This document shows, one piece after another, positions 30,916 to 40,321 of a stretch of 64,000 nt of DNA. Position numbers and translations under genes: made by a program. Position 1 is the stretch's first letter. The number at the start of each line of letters is the position of its first letter. Location of the stretch: NCBI GenBank assembly GCA_965215335.1, contig CBDCDA010000002.1, forward strand, positions 160,001 to 224,000, in the 5' to 3' direction. The DNA is from an uncultured Candidatus Entotheonella sp. GTDB taxonomy: Bacteria > Tectomicrobia > Entotheonellia > Entotheonellales > Entotheonellaceae. The notes beneath the pieces were generated by a model that saw only the letters and a program-made list of their open reading frames with translations, searched no databases and had not been told where the DNA came from.

Positions 30916-31830
30916 GTGCGGCATGCCACCCTCCGGCAAGTGCGTGTTCGCGTTCCGGCCACGACGGCCAACCTGGGTTGCGGGTTCGACGTCCTGGGAC
31001 TCGCGCTGCAAATCTATAATACCTTCAAGCTGACCCTGACGCCCGAGCCGGGTTGGCGCGTCACGCTACCGGACGGGGTCGATCTGCCGTCCGATGGCAA
31101 TAATTTGGTGTTCAGGGCCGCCCGCGACGTGTTTGCCAAGATCGGCGACAAGCCGGCGGGGTTGCACTTGGCGTTGGACATGGACATCCCGCTGGCGCGC
31201 GGCCTTGGCAGCAGTTCAGCGGCCATTGTCGGCGGCCTGCTCGCTGCCAACGCGCTGGCCGGCAATCCGCTGAAACGTGAGGCGTTGCTCGACATGGCCG
31301 TCGAGATAGAGGGGCACCCCGACAACGTCACTCCGGCGCTAATGGGCGGCCTGACCCTCTCCTACGCCGTCGACGAGTGCCATGCGTTCCTGCCCCTGGA
31401 CTTCCCGTCCGACCTGAGCCTGATCGTGGCCATTCCCGACTTTGAACTGCCGACCGCCAAGGCGCGTGCCGTGCTCCCCCGGCAGATCAGCCGGGCCGAC
31501 GCGGTGTTCAATTGCAGCCGCGCCGCCCTGCTCGTGGCGGCGCTTCAGATGAAGCGTTACGACCTCCTGCCCGCTGCCATGGACGATCGCCTGCATCAAC
31601 CCTTTCGCGCCGCCCTCGTTCCCGGCATGCAAGCCGCCATGGCTGCCGGCTATCGCGCCAAGGCGTTGGGGGTGGTGCTCAGCGGCGCCGGACCTACCCT
31701 GGTCGCTTTGGCCCGCTCCGACCCGCAGGCCGTCGCGTCGGCTGTCAGCGACGCCTTCGCGGCCCACCATGTTACGTGCCGGACTCAACTCGTACAAGCC
31801 GATATTGAAGGCGCTGTGGTCTTCTGGTAA
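30916..31830 (+). CDS. thrB: Homoserine kinase
   Basis: VPATTANLGCGFD, PLARGLGSS, EGHPDN, SGAGP; start approximate. Confidence 0.93.
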   Translation: MRHATLRQVRVRVPATTANLGCGFDVLGLALQIYNTFKLTLTPEPGWRVTLPDGVDLPSDGNNLVFRAARDVFAKIGDKPAGLHLALDMDIPLARGLGSSSAAIVGGLLAANALAGNPLKREALLDMAVEIEGHPDNVTPALMGGLTLSYAVDECHAFLPLDFPSDLSLIVAIPDFELPTAKARAVLPRQISRADAVFNCSRAALLVAALQMKRYDLLPAAMDDRLHQPFRAALVPGMQAAMAAGYRAKALGVVLSGAGPTLVALARSDPQAVASAVSDAFAAHHVTCRTQLVQADIEGAVVFW

Positions 31831-32091
31831 ACGGGGTCATCATACCTTTCGGTCAGCAGCAGCCCCTCCCTCAAGCGCTTGGTAGTTCTGACGCACTGCA
31901 AGCCCACGGCCCGCCCGCCTGTCTACGAGATCGCCAAGGCGGCACGTCGAAGCCGTGCCGCCGGGTTACGTGGCCTGGCGTCATTCCGGATACAAACCTT
32001 GCGATGACGCCAGAGAGTTGATAGAAGCTGTCAGGACCGCCTGACAGTTCACCAAACATCTGACGGCTTGAGACCATGAGGAGGTTCTTTG

Positions 32092-32805
32092 ATGGCGTCA
32101 CAGAAAGATTATCTAGGCGACAAATTGCAGATGGTCGAACGCGCCCGTGAGGACGTCTATTTTCGTCAGCTGGATCGTCAGCTCATCGCCAAGATACGGG
32201 AACGAACAGCACAAGAGGAGGCGTCTGAAGCGGCGCAGCCACTCAAACCCCCCTTTACCCCCATTCTCGTTCCGGTGGATTTTTCGGCCTATTCGGTGCA
32301 AGCACTCGAGAAGGCTGCCGACATGGCAACGCGTTTTGATTCGTCTCTCATCGTCTTGCACGTCATTTCCGCAGAATTAGGCGTGCAAGCGCTGGCCAAC
32401 CATCTAGGAAAGCACCATGCGGATATCCCGATGCTTGGGACGGAAGAAATCCAAGACGTGTGTGAACAGGACATCGAAACGGTCACCGGGCCGCAGCGTG
32501 AACAGGCTTATGAAGCGCTGCAGGCGTTTTTGCCCGACCGCCTGATGCACCACCCTGTTGAGTTACGCGTGGTGTTCGGCCGACCGTTCGAGCGAATTGT
32601 GGAAACAGCGGTAGCAGAGGACGTTGGGCTGATCGTGATGGGGACCCACGGCCGAACGGGTCTCGAACGCGTCGCAGTCGGCAGCGTAGCAGAACGGGTC
32701 ATTCGACTGGCGCCGTGCCCTGTCTTGACCCTGAAAGCTCCCACGTCGGAATCGGGAAACTGGCTGAAAGATTTTTACGCGACGTTTCTGCGATTCAAAA
32801 CGTAG
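32092..32805 (+). CDS. Universal stress protein with N-terminal helical extension
   Basis: ILVPVDFS, GTHGRTGLERVAVGS (G-2x-G-9x-GS), APCPVL; AGGAGG RBS. Confidence 0.88.
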   Translation: MASQKDYLGDKLQMVERAREDVYFRQLDRQLIAKIRERTAQEEASEAAQPLKPPFTPILVPVDFSAYSVQALEKAADMATRFDSSLIVLHVISAELGVQALANHLGKHHADIPMLGTEEIQDVCEQDIETVTGPQREQAYEALQAFLPDRLMHHPVELRVVFGRPFERIVETAVAEDVGLIVMGTHGRTGLERVAVGSVAERVIRLAPCPVLTLKAPTSESGNWLKDFYATFLRFKT

Positions 32806-32827
32806 TCCCCAGATCATCTGATCGCGC

Positions 32828-32915
32828 TGAAGCACCTGATCATCGGCTTCGAGAGCAACGACCTCGGGGAGATGCTGGATCTTATCGAGCAGTTCGCCAA
32901 GGACGTTGTGGGCTG
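32828..32915 (+). pseudogene. Possible C-terminal remnant of an LLM-class (luciferase-like) oxidoreductase
   Basis: Translates LKHLIIGFESNDLGEMLDLIEQFAKDVV with coding-like codons and no upstream start. Confidence 0.4.
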
Positions 32916-32934
32916 CTCCGCCCAGCGGTGCCGG

Positions 32935-34125
32935 TTAACGATCGGTCTGCGCGTCCGCCGACAGGTATGGGCGGGTGATGGCGCGGCCGATCACGACGTT
33001 CTGGATTTCCGTGGTGCCGTCCAGATATTGCGCCATTTTGGCGACGGCCAAGTGGCGCGCCAGTGGGTATTCGGTGCGAAAGCCGTTGGCTCCCATGACC
33101 TGCATGCAGTCGGCGATGCGGCTGAGCGCCACCCGCGTGGCGAACTTCTTGGCGTGTGCGGCGGCCAGGGTATGACGGCCCGTCCCATCGTCTAACACCG
33201 TGGCGGCATGGGCGGTCAGCAGACGTGCGGCCTCCAGGTCGGTGGCGGCGTCGGCCAGCAGCGACTGGACGGCTTGGTGTTCCAGCACCGATTTTCCGAA
33301 CGTGCGTCGTCCGGCTCCGTATTCCATCGCCACTTCCAAGGACCTTCCCAGCATGCCGCAGCACATGGCGGCGACCGCGACACGCGCGAAATCGACCCCG
33401 GCCAGGGCCGCCTTGAATCCCCCGCCGGGTCCCACCAGAACGTTGTCCGCGCTGACGCGGCACCCTTCGAAACGGAATCCGCTCGTGCCGAGCGCGTGGC
33501 CACCCAACAGACGATAGACGGGTTCCCGGATCACCCCCGGCGCGTCGGCTTCCACGATGAAGCAAGCGATGCCGCGCCAGCCTGCCGACGCATCGGTCTG
33601 GGCATAGACGCTCAACAGGTCGGCAGTTGCGCCGTTGCTGACCCATGCCTTGGCGCCGTCAAGTCGCCAGTCGCGGCCATCCCGGTGGGCTGTCGTCGTC
33701 ATCGCCGCCGCGTCACTTCCGCCTTGGGGCTCGGTAAGCAGGAAGGCGCCAATTCGCTCGCCGGCGATTAGCCCCGGCAGCCAGCGCTCCAGTTGCGGGA
33801 TGCTGGCGTTGCGTGTGATGCCGAGGGCCAGATTGTTATGCACGGTTAGTGCGAACGCTGAGGCCATGCACGCGGCGGCCAAGGCTTCCACGATCAGGGC
33901 CATGGCCGGCATGCCAAGCCCGTGGCCGTGCAGGGGTTCCGGCACGGTCAGCCGGCACAACCCGCGCGCAGCGGCCTCCCGGAAGGCTTCCCTCGGCATG
34001 CCGCTCACTTCCTCCCAAGCACCGACATGCGGTTCGATCATGTCGCGCGCAAAGGCCCGCGCGGCGTTCACCACCTTCATTTCACGATCCGAAATCGGGG
34101 GCATGACAGCGGCAAGACCGTTCAT
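32935..34125 (-). CDS. Acyl-CoA dehydrogenase
   Basis: LTEPQGGSDA, GAKAWVSNG, DGTTEIQ. Confidence 0.9.
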   Translation of the reverse strand: MNGLAAVMPPISDREMKVVNAARAFARDMIEPHVGAWEEVSGMPREAFREAAARGLCRLTVPEPLHGHGLGMPAMALIVEALAAACMASAFALTVHNNLALGITRNASIPQLERWLPGLIAGERIGAFLLTEPQGGSDAAAMTTTAHRDGRDWRLDGAKAWVSNGATADLLSVYAQTDASAGWRGIACFIVEADAPGVIREPVYRLLGGHALGTSGFRFEGCRVSADNVLVGPGGGFKAALAGVDFARVAVAAMCCGMLGRSLEVAMEYGAGRRTFGKSVLEHQAVQSLLADAATDLEAARLLTAHAATVLDDGTGRHTLAAAHAKKFATRVALSRIADCMQVMGANGFRTEYPLARHLAVAKMAQYLDGTTEIQNVVIGRAITRPYLSADAQTDR

Positions 34126-34233
34126 GGCAGTCCATCAGAAACAACGTCGGCAGGGTCGGGAGCACAGGCCGTGATGTCAGGGATCGCCGGGAGGAGCCTC
34201 GGCAACGTCGAATGCGGGCAGGATTGAAGGCAA

Positions 34234-34317
34234 TGCCGAAGGGGGGATTTGAACCCCCACGCCCGGTGAGGCACCACCCCCTCAAGATGGCGTGTCTACC
34301 ATTTCCACCACTTCGGC
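34234..34317 (-). tRNA. tRNA-Leu(GAG)
   Basis: GCCGAAG..TGGTAGACAC..CCATC-TTGAGGG-GGTGG..GGTTCAAATCC..CTTCGGCA; long variable arm, no encoded CCA; follows secG. Confidence 0.95.
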
Positions 34318-34430
34318 ATATTTGCACGCCCGGAAAGACAGGTTCCCGAGACGGAAAGGTAGCCTAGCGTAGCGCCTGCGTCCAGCCATTGTCAACGGCT
34401 TTCTCGGGTCTGACCGCATCCTGCGCACAG

Positions 34431-34817
34431 CTATCGTGTCGCCTCTCCTGGAGTCTCAGGTGTAACCTCTGGTGCGGGTGCATTCTCCACCGGCAGGGCA
34501 TCGTCGGGCGCAATCGGCGGCGCTGGCACCGCGGGTTGGTCGGTAGCGGCCGGAGCTTGATCGATAATCACCGAACTCTGTCCGCGGTGGGCAGAAAAAT
34601 AGGCCAGCCCCAGGGAGGTGACCATGAAGACGGCGGCGGCGACAGTCGTCAGGCGCGACAGGAACGTCGCCGGACCGCGGCTGCCGAAGATGGTTTGTGA
34701 AGAGCTGGCACCGCCGAACGCGGCGCCAATGGACTGGCCTTTGCCGACCTGCAGCAGAACGACGAGGATAAGAGCCAGGGCTACCAGGACGTGGACTACG
34801 ATGAGCAGAATGAACAT
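34431..34817 (-). CDS. secG: Preprotein translocase subunit SecG
   Basis: Two TM helices, VLLQ.GKG..GAAFGG. Confidence 0.95.
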   Translation of the reverse strand: MFILLIVVHVLVALALILVVLLQVGKGQSIGAAFGGASSSQTIFGSRGPATFLSRLTTVAAAVFMVTSLGLAYFSAHRGQSSVIIDQAPAATDQPAVPAPPIAPDDALPVENAPAPEVTPETPGEATR

Positions 34818-34830
34818 ATCGTGACAATCC

Positions 34831-35601
34831 TTACGAACAGGTCAGAAGTTGGATGAATGAATCGACATCAAGGCTTGCACCGCCTACCAGGGCGCCATCG
34901 ATATCTTCCTCGGCCATCAGAGCGGCGATATTGCCGGGATTGACGCTGCCGCCGTACTGAATACGTACCGCCTCAGCCGCCTCGTTTCCCCAGCGTTGCG
35001 CCAGCAAGTCGCGCAGACAGCGGTGGGCCTCCTGCGCCTGCTTCGGCGTGGCGCTCATCCCCGTGCCAATAGCCCACAATGGCTCGTAGCCCAAGACGAC
35101 GCGGGGCACGGCGTCCGCCGAGCACGACGCCAGACTGTCCTGTAATTGCTGCTTGAGTACGTCGAAGGTCTGTCCTGCCCGCCGTTCGTCAAGCGTTTCC
35201 CCGATGCAGACAATCGGTTGCAGGCCAGCCTGCAAGGCGGCGGATACTTTTTTGTCAACCATGGCGTCCGTCTCGCCCAATCCTTGCCGACGCTCGGAAT
35301 GGCCGACGATGACGTGGGAACAGCCAACGTCAACCAGCATGGCGGCGGAAATCCCGCCCGTGTACGCCCCGGCGGGCTCCCAGAACAGATCCTGGGCAGC
35401 CAGGCGAAACGGCGTTGCGCGCAGGCAGTCTCGCAGGGTGGAGAGTGCCGTGAATGGCGCGGCTACGACGGCCTCGATGACGCCAGGATCGGGACACCGC
35501 TTCAGAAGATTGTCGGCGAACTGACCGGCCTCCTCAAGAGTTTTGTTCATCTTCCAATTTGCGGCAATGATGGATTGACGCCCGCTTGGATTGTTCGGCA
35601 T
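34831..35601 (-). CDS. tpiA: Triosephosphate isomerase
   Basis: ANWKMN, GHSERR, YEPLWAIGTG, YGGSV, LVGGASL. Confidence 0.97.
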   Translation of the reverse strand: MPNNPSGRQSIIAANWKMNKTLEEAGQFADNLLKRCPDPGVIEAVVAAPFTALSTLRDCLRATPFRLAAQDLFWEPAGAYTGGISAAMLVDVGCSHVIVGHSERRQGLGETDAMVDKKVSAALQAGLQPIVCIGETLDERRAGQTFDVLKQQLQDSLASCSADAVPRVVLGYEPLWAIGTGMSATPKQAQEAHRCLRDLLAQRWGNEAAEAVRIQYGGSVNPGNIAALMAEEDIDGALVGGASLDVDSFIQLLTCS

Positions 35602-35620
35602 CGTCGGGGTTTCCCGTGTG

Positions 35621-37021
35621 TCAGGCGCCTTTGGTGCCGTGACTGGCGACGTAGTCCACCAGAATGTATTCTCCCAAGCTGGTGGGAGAGGCGAAGAAGG
35701 CCCGCCCGCAGTTGACCTTGGTCAGTTCGCTTACAAAGTGTTTGGTGTGGCCATTCTCCCCGATCATGAAGGTGTTGATGGTGAGCCCGCGGCGCGTGCA
35801 GCGTTTCGCCTCCTTCAGCGTTTCCGTCAAGGTGTGCGGCGATGGCGGATATTCAAGACAGATGTTGCGGCCGCGGATGTGGGCGGTAGGTTCGCCGTCC
35901 GTTATCAGGATGATCTGCTGGTTTGTGGCGCGCTGTCGGTCGAAGAGCCGCCTGGCCACTTGCAGCCCAGCCTGGATGTTGGTGAAGGCCGCCGGGAAGC
36001 CGGCCCGCCCGTGCGCGGCTTCGGCAGCGTCGACCTGTACGTTCACGAACCCCATTGGATTACGATACATGCCACGGTAAAAGTGGGGAAAGAAACCCAG
36101 CGGTTTGGGGGACAGGGCGGGGAGGTCGGCCAGTTGCAATTCCTGGGCGTACGTGCAGAACCCGACGATGTGTAACCGATCACGCGGAAACTGGGTGTGG
36201 ATCAGGGCGTCGAGGGCCAGGGCAACCCGCTTGGCCGCGGTGAAACGGCCATGGCGAGCCATCGAGCCGCTCATGTCGAGCAGCAGCACCGTGGTACAGC
36301 GGACGACCGACTCAGTGTCGTGGACCTCAAAGTCCTGCGGCGCCAAGCGAATGGATGCCCGGCTATCGACGCGCTGCACGGCATTCATGATGGTCCGTTC
36401 CAGGTTGATCGCAAAGGCGTCGCCAAACCGGTAGGGCCGTCCGTCCTCCAACCGTTCGCCGCCTACCCCATGCCGTCGTATGGCGTGCCCGCCATACGAG
36501 TCGCACCGCAGAGAGGAAAAAACATCCAGCATGGCGCGCCGGGCGATGCGACGGATGCCTCGCGCCGTCAGTTCGAGCCGGGTTCCGTTACGCTCTATAT
36601 ATGGTTCCAGATCCTCGGCCAGTTCCTTGAGTCCACGCACTTGACGCCGTGCTCCATCTCCCATTATCCTACCGACCAGGTCATCGTCGATGGTGTCCGC
36701 ATCGCTGCCCCAGAAGACGTCGTCCAGCATCCTGTCGAGTCTTTCCATTTCCGCGAGCCGTCCATCCCGCGCAGCCTCCGCTGCATCGCATTCAGCCAGA
36801 GCCTGTTGCCGCATGGTGAACAATCGGTCGCGGGTAGCCCGCAGACCTGGAACGAAGCGTCCGTGTCGATCGGTGAAACCCTGCTGCATCAGCAACCGCA
36901 GGGCCTTCCGCAGATCGCCGTGCTCAATGATCGAGTTGGCGATGCCATCAAGCACGTCTTCGTGATCGGGGTGGAAACAACCGGGGGAGTCATTCCAGGC
37001 GGAGTAGCGATAGCGCCGCAT
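35621..37021 (-). CDS. VWA domain protein
   Basis: MIDAS DMSGSM, TNIQ, ITDGEP; N-terminal RYRYSAW. Confidence 0.8.
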   Translation of the reverse strand: MRRYRYSAWNDSPGCFHPDHEDVLDGIANSIIEHGDLRKALRLLMQQGFTDRHGRFVPGLRATRDRLFTMRQQALAECDAAEAARDGRLAEMERLDRMLDDVFWGSDADTIDDDLVGRIMGDGARRQVRGLKELAEDLEPYIERNGTRLELTARGIRRIARRAMLDVFSSLRCDSYGGHAIRRHGVGGERLEDGRPYRFGDAFAINLERTIMNAVQRVDSRASIRLAPQDFEVHDTESVVRCTTVLLLDMSGSMARHGRFTAAKRVALALDALIHTQFPRDRLHIVGFCTYAQELQLADLPALSPKPLGFFPHFYRGMYRNPMGFVNVQVDAAEAAHGRAGFPAAFTNIQAGLQVARRLFDRQRATNQQIILITDGEPTAHIRGRNICLEYPPSPHTLTETLKEAKRCTRRGLTINTFMIGENGHTKHFVSELTKVNCGRAFFASPTSLGEYILVDYVASHGTKGA

Positions 37022-37252
37022 TCTGCTGGGGAACCTTCAGGTCAGCCGTGCACCGGGGTTGAGGTTCTTCGTGTGAGATGGTTGTTTATTCTGGCCGTTG
37101 CACCCGTCGAAGTCAACCTGTATCCCGATAATGGCGTCATCGACGCGAATACGCCAAAGTTTTCCAGGCGTTCGACTTGACAGGTTTTATATTATTCTGG
37201 GTTTGTTGGTTCCTGCTTCTTGTAACCATGCATGTTACATGGAGAACGCAAG

Positions 37253-37552
37253 ATGAAAAGTGCCCTTGAGTTGGCGATGCAAAAGGTGAATGCGCGCCAG
37301 GATCGGGCCCCTGTGGCGTCGTTGACGGAGGCCCAGCGTCGTGAGATTGGCGAGTTGCGCAAGCAGTACGAGGCCAAGATCGCCGAAAAAGAGATCATGA
37401 TGCAGGCCGAGATGCGCCGCTTGGCGCGTGAACGGCCACCACAGGAAGCCGCAGCAAAGGTTCGTGAGCTTCAGACCCAGTTCCAGGATGGCAAGAAGGC
37501 GCTCCAAGAGGAACTGGAGACCAAGGTCTCGGCACTCCGAGACGCGTCATAG
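37253..37552 (+). CDS. Hypothetical coiled-coil protein
   Basis: MKSALELAM start, GGAG RBS, charged helical composition. Confidence 0.65.
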   Translation: MKSALELAMQKVNARQDRAPVASLTEAQRREIGELRKQYEAKIAEKEIMMQAEMRRLARERPPQEAAAKVRELQTQFQDGKKALQEELETKVSALRDAS

Positions 37553-37562
37553 GAGGAAAGAC

Positions 37563-39287
37563 GTGGCAGAGCAACAACCTTCAGGGCCAAGTCGGCGTTG
37601 GATTTGGTGGGTGTCTGCTTGTCTGGCGGTTCTGATTTGCTTGTCTCCTGTCGGCTCGCATGCGGCTCAGGGGCGACGGGCCGACACGCTGTTTCCGCTA
37701 CCCGAGTCGCTGAAGCCCAACGTGGATTTCTGGATACATGTTTTCGCCAGATTGGAGAGCGATACGGGTTTGCTGCATGATACCGAGGATCTGAGCATCA
37801 TCTATCAGACGTTGCACAACTTGCCGCGTGACAAGGCGCGCCGCAGGAGCCTGATCAAGCGGAAACGCAATTATTACAAGGGCATTCTGGAACGCTTGGC
37901 GCGCGGCAGGCGCCAAGCGCTGACCCGTGACGAGCGGCGTGTCCTGTCGATGTTCCGAGGTAAGCAGACCGCAGCGGCATTTCGCAAGGCGGCCCAGCGG
38001 GTGCGTTTTCAGGGCGGCATACGGGAGGCGTTCAGAGCGGGCTTGGTGCGTTCGGGAGCGTATCTGCCGGTGATCGAGCCGATTTTTGAACGGGCGGGTC
38101 TGCCGAAAGAGTTGACCCTGATACCTCACGTCGAGTCGTCCTTTCGCAAGGATGCGTATTCCAAATCCGGTGCCGCGGGCATCTGGCAGTTCATGCCAGC
38201 CACGGGTCGCCGGTTTTTGACGATCAACAGGACTGTCGATGAACGCCTCGACGTGTATCTGGCGACCATTGCGGCTACCAAACTGCTGAAGGATAATTAC
38301 CGCCTTCTGGGCACTTGGCCCCTGGCGGTCACGGCCTACAATCACGGCGCCTGGGGCATGAAGAGAGCGGTGGCCAAGGTAGGTACGAAGAACATTGGCA
38401 CCATTGTGCAGCATTATCGCGGGCGCTCGTTCGGTTTTGCGTCGCGCAATTTCTACGCCGAATTTCTTGCCGCAGTGCACGTGACGAAACACTACAAGAA
38501 GTACTTTGGCGCTATCCGGTTCGACAAACCCCTGATGGATCCCTTTCAGCAGCATTACCGGGTGCAGCGCGGCGACTCCTTGGCGCGTATCGCCCAGCGC
38601 TTTGGCACCACCGTTGGCGCGCTGGTCGCCATGAACGACATGGACCAGCCGCATCTTATCAAGACCGGTCAGGTCCTGCAGGTGCCCGCCGAGAAGACGG
38701 TGGTGTCAGGGTCGGTCGCTTACAGGCCGACGCAGCCGTCGAAACGACAGCGCTACCAGGTGCAGAAAGGCGACACGCTGGGCGCTATCGCGGCGCGTTT
38801 CAATACCACCGTGGCGACGCTGGCGATGGCGAACGGATTATCGAGGCCCTACATCATCAAGCCGGGGCAGGTTCTTGACGTGGCGCAATCAATGCCATTG
38901 CGGCGCTATCAAGTAAAACAGGGCGACACGCTGGGCGGTGTCGCGGCGCGTTTCAATACCACCGTGGCGACGCTGGCGATGGCGAACGGATTGTCGAGGC
39001 CCTACATCATCAAGCCGGGGCAGGTTCTTGACGTGGCGCAATCAATGCCATTGCGGCGCTACCAAGTAAAGCAGGGCGACACGCTTGGGCGGGTGGCAAA
39101 GCGTTTCCGCACCACCGTGGCGACACTGGCGGCGCTCAATGGCCTGCGGAAACCCTACCTGATCAAGACTGGTCAGACCCTCGTCATCCCGCAACTCCGC
39201 TCTCGGAACCTGGACGACAGCACCGTCATCGGTATGCGCCTGCCTGGTGAAGACATGCGGACAGGTCTTCGGGCGGCCGCTGCATGA
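37563..39287 (+). CDS. mltD: Lytic transglycosylase with four LysM domains (MltD-like)
   Basis: VESSF, GAAGIWQFM, AYNHG, 4x Y.V..GD.L; GTG 37563 after AGGAGG. Confidence 0.85.
   Translation: MAEQQPSGPSRRWIWWVSACLAVLICLSPVGSHAAQGRRADTLFPLPESLKPNVDFWIHVFARLESDTGLLHDTEDLSIIYQTLHNLPRDKARRRSLIKRKRNYYKGILERLARGRRQALTRDERRVLSMFRGKQTAAAFRKAAQRVRFQGGIREAFRAGLVRSGAYLPVIEPIFERAGLPKELTLIPHVESSFRKDAYSKSGAAGIWQFMPATGRRFLTINRTVDERLDVYLATIAATKLLKDNYRLLGTWPLAVTAYNHGAWGMKRAVAKVGTKNIGTIVQHYRGRSFGFASRNFYAEFLAAVHVTKHYKKYFGAIRFDKPLMDPFQQHYRVQRGDSLARIAQRFGTTVGALVAMNDMDQPHLIKTGQVLQVPAEKTVVSGSVAYRPTQPSKRQRYQVQKGDTLGAIAARFNTTVATLAMANGLSRPYIIKPGQVLDVAQSMPLRRYQVKQGDTLGGVAARFNTTVATLAMANGLSRPYIIKPGQVLDVAQSMPLRRYQVKQGDTLGRVAKRFRTTVATLAALNGLRKPYLIKTGQTLVIPQLRSRNLDDSTVIGMRLPGEDMRTGLRAAAA
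38751..39056 (+). repeat. 153-bp near-identical tandem duplication (LysM units)
   Basis: 38751-38903 and 38904-39056 encode 51-aa units and are almost identical in DNA. Confidence 0.9.
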
Positions 39288-40315
39288 CGGTGGCACTCGA
39301 TCCGCCGAGCCGGCAATGGGGCGTGAGTTATTTTGGGGTCCGCAATCCGCAGCATTTTCAACGCGACCTCAATGATATTGCCCGCTTGGGGTTCACTTAC
39401 ATCGTCTTTACATTCTCCGAAAATGACCATCGATTTTACCAAGGCAGCGTGGCTGAATCCGTGCGTCTGACCCAAGAGCGGGGTCTGCAAGCTTACGTCG
39501 ACCCGTGGGGCGTGGGCGGCATGTTCGGCGGTGAGGCGTTCACGGAGCGCGGCGCATGGGACCTGGAAGGCCAGCAGCACCGCAGCGATGGCCGGCCCTT
39601 GCCACTCCTGTGCCCCAATTCGGACGAAGCGAGAACATACCTTGGCCGGTGGCTCGACACAGTGGCGGACGTCTTGCAAGCCGACGCCATTTTCTGGGAT
39701 GAGCCACACTTTTACCTGCCGTTCGGCGAGGCGCACGCTCAAGGTCTGTGGGCCTGTTGCTGCACGCGTTGCAAGGAGCGCTTCGCGTCTGCTTATGGCA
39801 AGCCGTTTCCTTGCACGGAAACACCTGACGTGCGGCATGCCAAGCAAGCCGCCATTGTCGACCTTCTGGACGACATGACGACGGCGGCCAGCAAGAAGGG
39901 TTTGCGCAACATCGTCTGCCTGCTTACCGACCCCGACACCCTGGACGATCTGGAATCGAAATGGGAGCCGTACGCAGCCATGGCTCACATCGACGTGTTG
40001 GCGGCCGACCCGTATCCGCTTTGGCATGGTCGTGACGTTGCCACGACATGGGTATTTTGCGAGGCGCTTCAGCGCCTCGGCAAACGCTATGGCAAAGCGA
40101 CCCAGATGTGGGTGCAAGGCTTTCGCGTTCCGCGGGATGCGGCGTCCTTGCTGGGACAGGAGATGCGTCTGATGGCAGCATGTGGCATTCGCGATATTGC
40201 CGTCTGGAGCTATCTGGCAACCGCCTACATGTCGTCCCACGCCTGTGTCCAGCCCGAGCAGGTGTGGCAGGTATTCACGCAAATGATGGCCGAATTCGGT
40301 GCTGGAGAGGAATAA
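39284..40315 (+). CDS. Hypothetical glycoside hydrolase-like TIM-barrel protein
   Basis: LCPN, FWDEPH, CCC.RC, DPYP, WVQGF; ATGA overlap with mltD. Confidence 0.55.
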   Translation: MTVALDPPSRQWGVSYFGVRNPQHFQRDLNDIARLGFTYIVFTFSENDHRFYQGSVAESVRLTQERGLQAYVDPWGVGGMFGGEAFTERGAWDLEGQQHRSDGRPLPLLCPNSDEARTYLGRWLDTVADVLQADAIFWDEPHFYLPFGEAHAQGLWACCCTRCKERFASAYGKPFPCTETPDVRHAKQAAIVDLLDDMTTAASKKGLRNIVCLLTDPDTLDDLESKWEPYAAMAHIDVLAADPYPLWHGRDVATTWVFCEALQRLGKRYGKATQMWVQGFRVPRDAASLLGQEMRLMAACGIRDIAVWSYLATAYMSSHACVQPEQVWQVFTQMMAEFGAGEE

Positions 40316-40321
40316 AGGCGG

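Noticed and set aside
34234..34317. tRNA-Leu as att site of a prophage or ICE
   Set aside because: No duplicated 3' end or integrase seen in the window
37177..37194. TTGACA near TATTAT as a sigma70 promoter
   Set aside because: Spacing of about 6 nt is far too short
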